Notes under the pieces: model-generated
What the model was told of the DNA's origin: nothing
What the model saw: only the letters and a program-made list of their open reading frames with translations
Database searches by the model: none
DNA from: Squalus acanthias
Taxonomy: Eukaryota
Direction: 5' to 3'
Length of the DNA stretch: 64,000 nt
NCBI GenBank assembly: GCA_030390025.1
Contig: CM059433.1
Location: forward strand, 14,014,001-14,078,000
Part shown: positions 62,321 to 64,000 of the stretch, piece by piece
Numbering within the stretch: the first letter of the stretch is position 1
How the letters are laid out: the number at the start of each line of letters is the position of its first letter
Program-made: the position numbers and the translations under genes

Positions 62321-63475
62321 ATTTATTCGTCTGGAAACTTTTGCGGGGGTTCTTTGATGGGAAGCCAGCGGAATCGCAGAGAAGCAGTGTAAATGGCTAA
62401 AAATGGCTGTTTACTTCATTTTTCTGGGATTTCTGTCAATCTCGCACAGAAGTTACAGAGCTGATTAACTCAACTTTCCCTTTTATTAATATGATATCGC
62501 TGCACAATTCTGATCTTCTGCATTTATTAATTTTTTGATTTATGCCAATTGATTACATTGAACAGAAGCACGATTATACTACCAACCTTTCCCGCTCTCC
62601 AAACTATTTTAAAAGTCTTCCCTATCTTTGGATTACAGTTCCTCGCCCTAAGTTGATAAGCCTCTGAGGGCTAGGTTTTCCTCCATGTTAGACTGTTGCC
62701 ATGGCAACCAACAAAGGAAAATCAGGAGGTGATGCCCAATGAGCTCTGCCCCAAAATACATACATAGAGCTATTTTCATTGAGCCCGCTGCGGGCAGCTA
62801 TTGATGCCCATTGCATCCTTACCCTGCCGCATGCAAATGACGGTGGACGGGCAGAGTTTTCTGTCGGCCTTTGGCAACCAAAAATGCGTAGCTGCAGACC
62901 ACAATGGCTCTGGAATCTGGAGCAACCTGCAGGTGTACTTTTACAGTACAACTTACAATATGTAATTTTGAGAGCTATTTTAAAGAATACTTAAGAATTA
63001 AAAAAATGTTTTATGTATATTTAAGTTTTAAAAAGAAAATTATGTTAAGATTTTAAGTATTTTAAAAAGTTTCTTGAAGTATTTTAAAAGTACATTTCCA
63101 AAGTATTTATAAGTTCTTATAAAATTGGTTTTAAGCTTTAAGATTGCAGACTGTAAGTACCAGTAGCGTCTTTCTTAGTCCTTTCTCCTTTCCTCTACTT
63201 TGAGGAGGAGGCTCCGGAAGACTGCAGGAGAGATGCCAGGTTGAACAGGCACCATAGTTGGACTCTGACCCCAGCCTGCTGGGACCCATGCCTCCCTGTG
63301 GCAGATCGGGCGGGGCTACTGCACCATGACCCCTCGGCAATGCTTCAGAAGGCGGCACCTCCTTTACAAAGCAATAACTGAGTTGTGCCAGCTGCCAGAC
63401 AGCTACAGGCCCAACTTGTAAGGGAGATCTTCAGTTGACTAAGCCCTGGCAAATGAGTCCTGCCATCACGATCCC

Positions 63476-63694
63476 TGATGCAAGAAAACTACTAGGCACT
63501 TGGTCTAAGCGTTAAACAAAGCTTTAATCAACTGTTTTACAATATGGAGATCTAGTTGTCCTTCACTAGTTCTTGTTAAAGAATGTCCTGAACAAGCTGG
63601 GCCCATGCCCGAGTATTTATACTCTCCCTGGACAGCGCCACCAGCAGGCCACCCAATATTATGTCATAAGTCATGAATGACAAGATTCATGTCA
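63476..63694 (-). mobile_element. Solo LTR, same family as 45318-45546
   Basis: Reverse complement of 45318-45546; perfect 5-bp TSD ATCCC. Confidence 0.88.
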
Positions 63695-63776
63695 ATCCCT
63701 TTGGCAACAAACCCAACTCATTCACTTGCTGACATGTAGCTCTCCTCTAAAACTCTAACAAGGCTCCCGTTTGGAG

Positions 63777-64000
63777 ATCATAGAATGATACAGCACAGAA
63801 GGAGGCCTTTCCGCCCATCGCGCCTGTGCCGGCTCTTTGGTAGAGCTATCCAATTAGTCACACTGACCTGCTTTTTCCCCATAGCACTGTTAATTTTTCC
63901 CCTCAAGTATTTATCTCTTTTGAATGTTACTACTGAATCTGTTTCCATCACCCTTTCAGGAAATGTATTCCAGTTCACAACAACTCGCTGAGTAAAAAAG
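63777..64000 (-). mobile_element. CR1 3' end running off the window
   Basis: ATCATAGAATGATACAGCACAGAAGGAGGCC tail, as at 31720. Confidence 0.85.

Noticed and set aside
1..64000. CRISPR arrays, operons or other prokaryotic systems
   Set aside because: The sequence is vertebrate intronic DNA and shows no repeat-spacer array.

Overview
Vertebrate genomic DNA, very probably a shark or other elasmobranch, judged from HE1-type V-SINE, Deu-domain SINEs, CR1 LINEs and Penelope tails. The window lies inside one minus-strand host gene, gamma-2 syntrophin (SNTG2). Three coding exons are visible (48465-48328, 21546-21490, 21395-21338). The rest is intron packed with nested transposons: four decayed PIF/Harbinger elements with convergent transposase and Myb/SANT genes, many Harbinger-type MITEs, hAT MITEs, CR1, L2 and other non-LTR fragments, two Gypsy relics, two solo LTRs, and Penelope fragments with minimal hammerhead ribozyme motifs. 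The most unexpected feature is an intronless, disabled reading frame at about 10151-8069 (minus strand). It is split by a hAT insertion with an 8-bp TSD, and its translation matches Mab-21/cGAS-like nucleotidyltransferase motifs, apparently as two domains in tandem. All homology calls were made by eye from recalled family motifs and no database search was run. Boundaries of decayed repeats are approximate.
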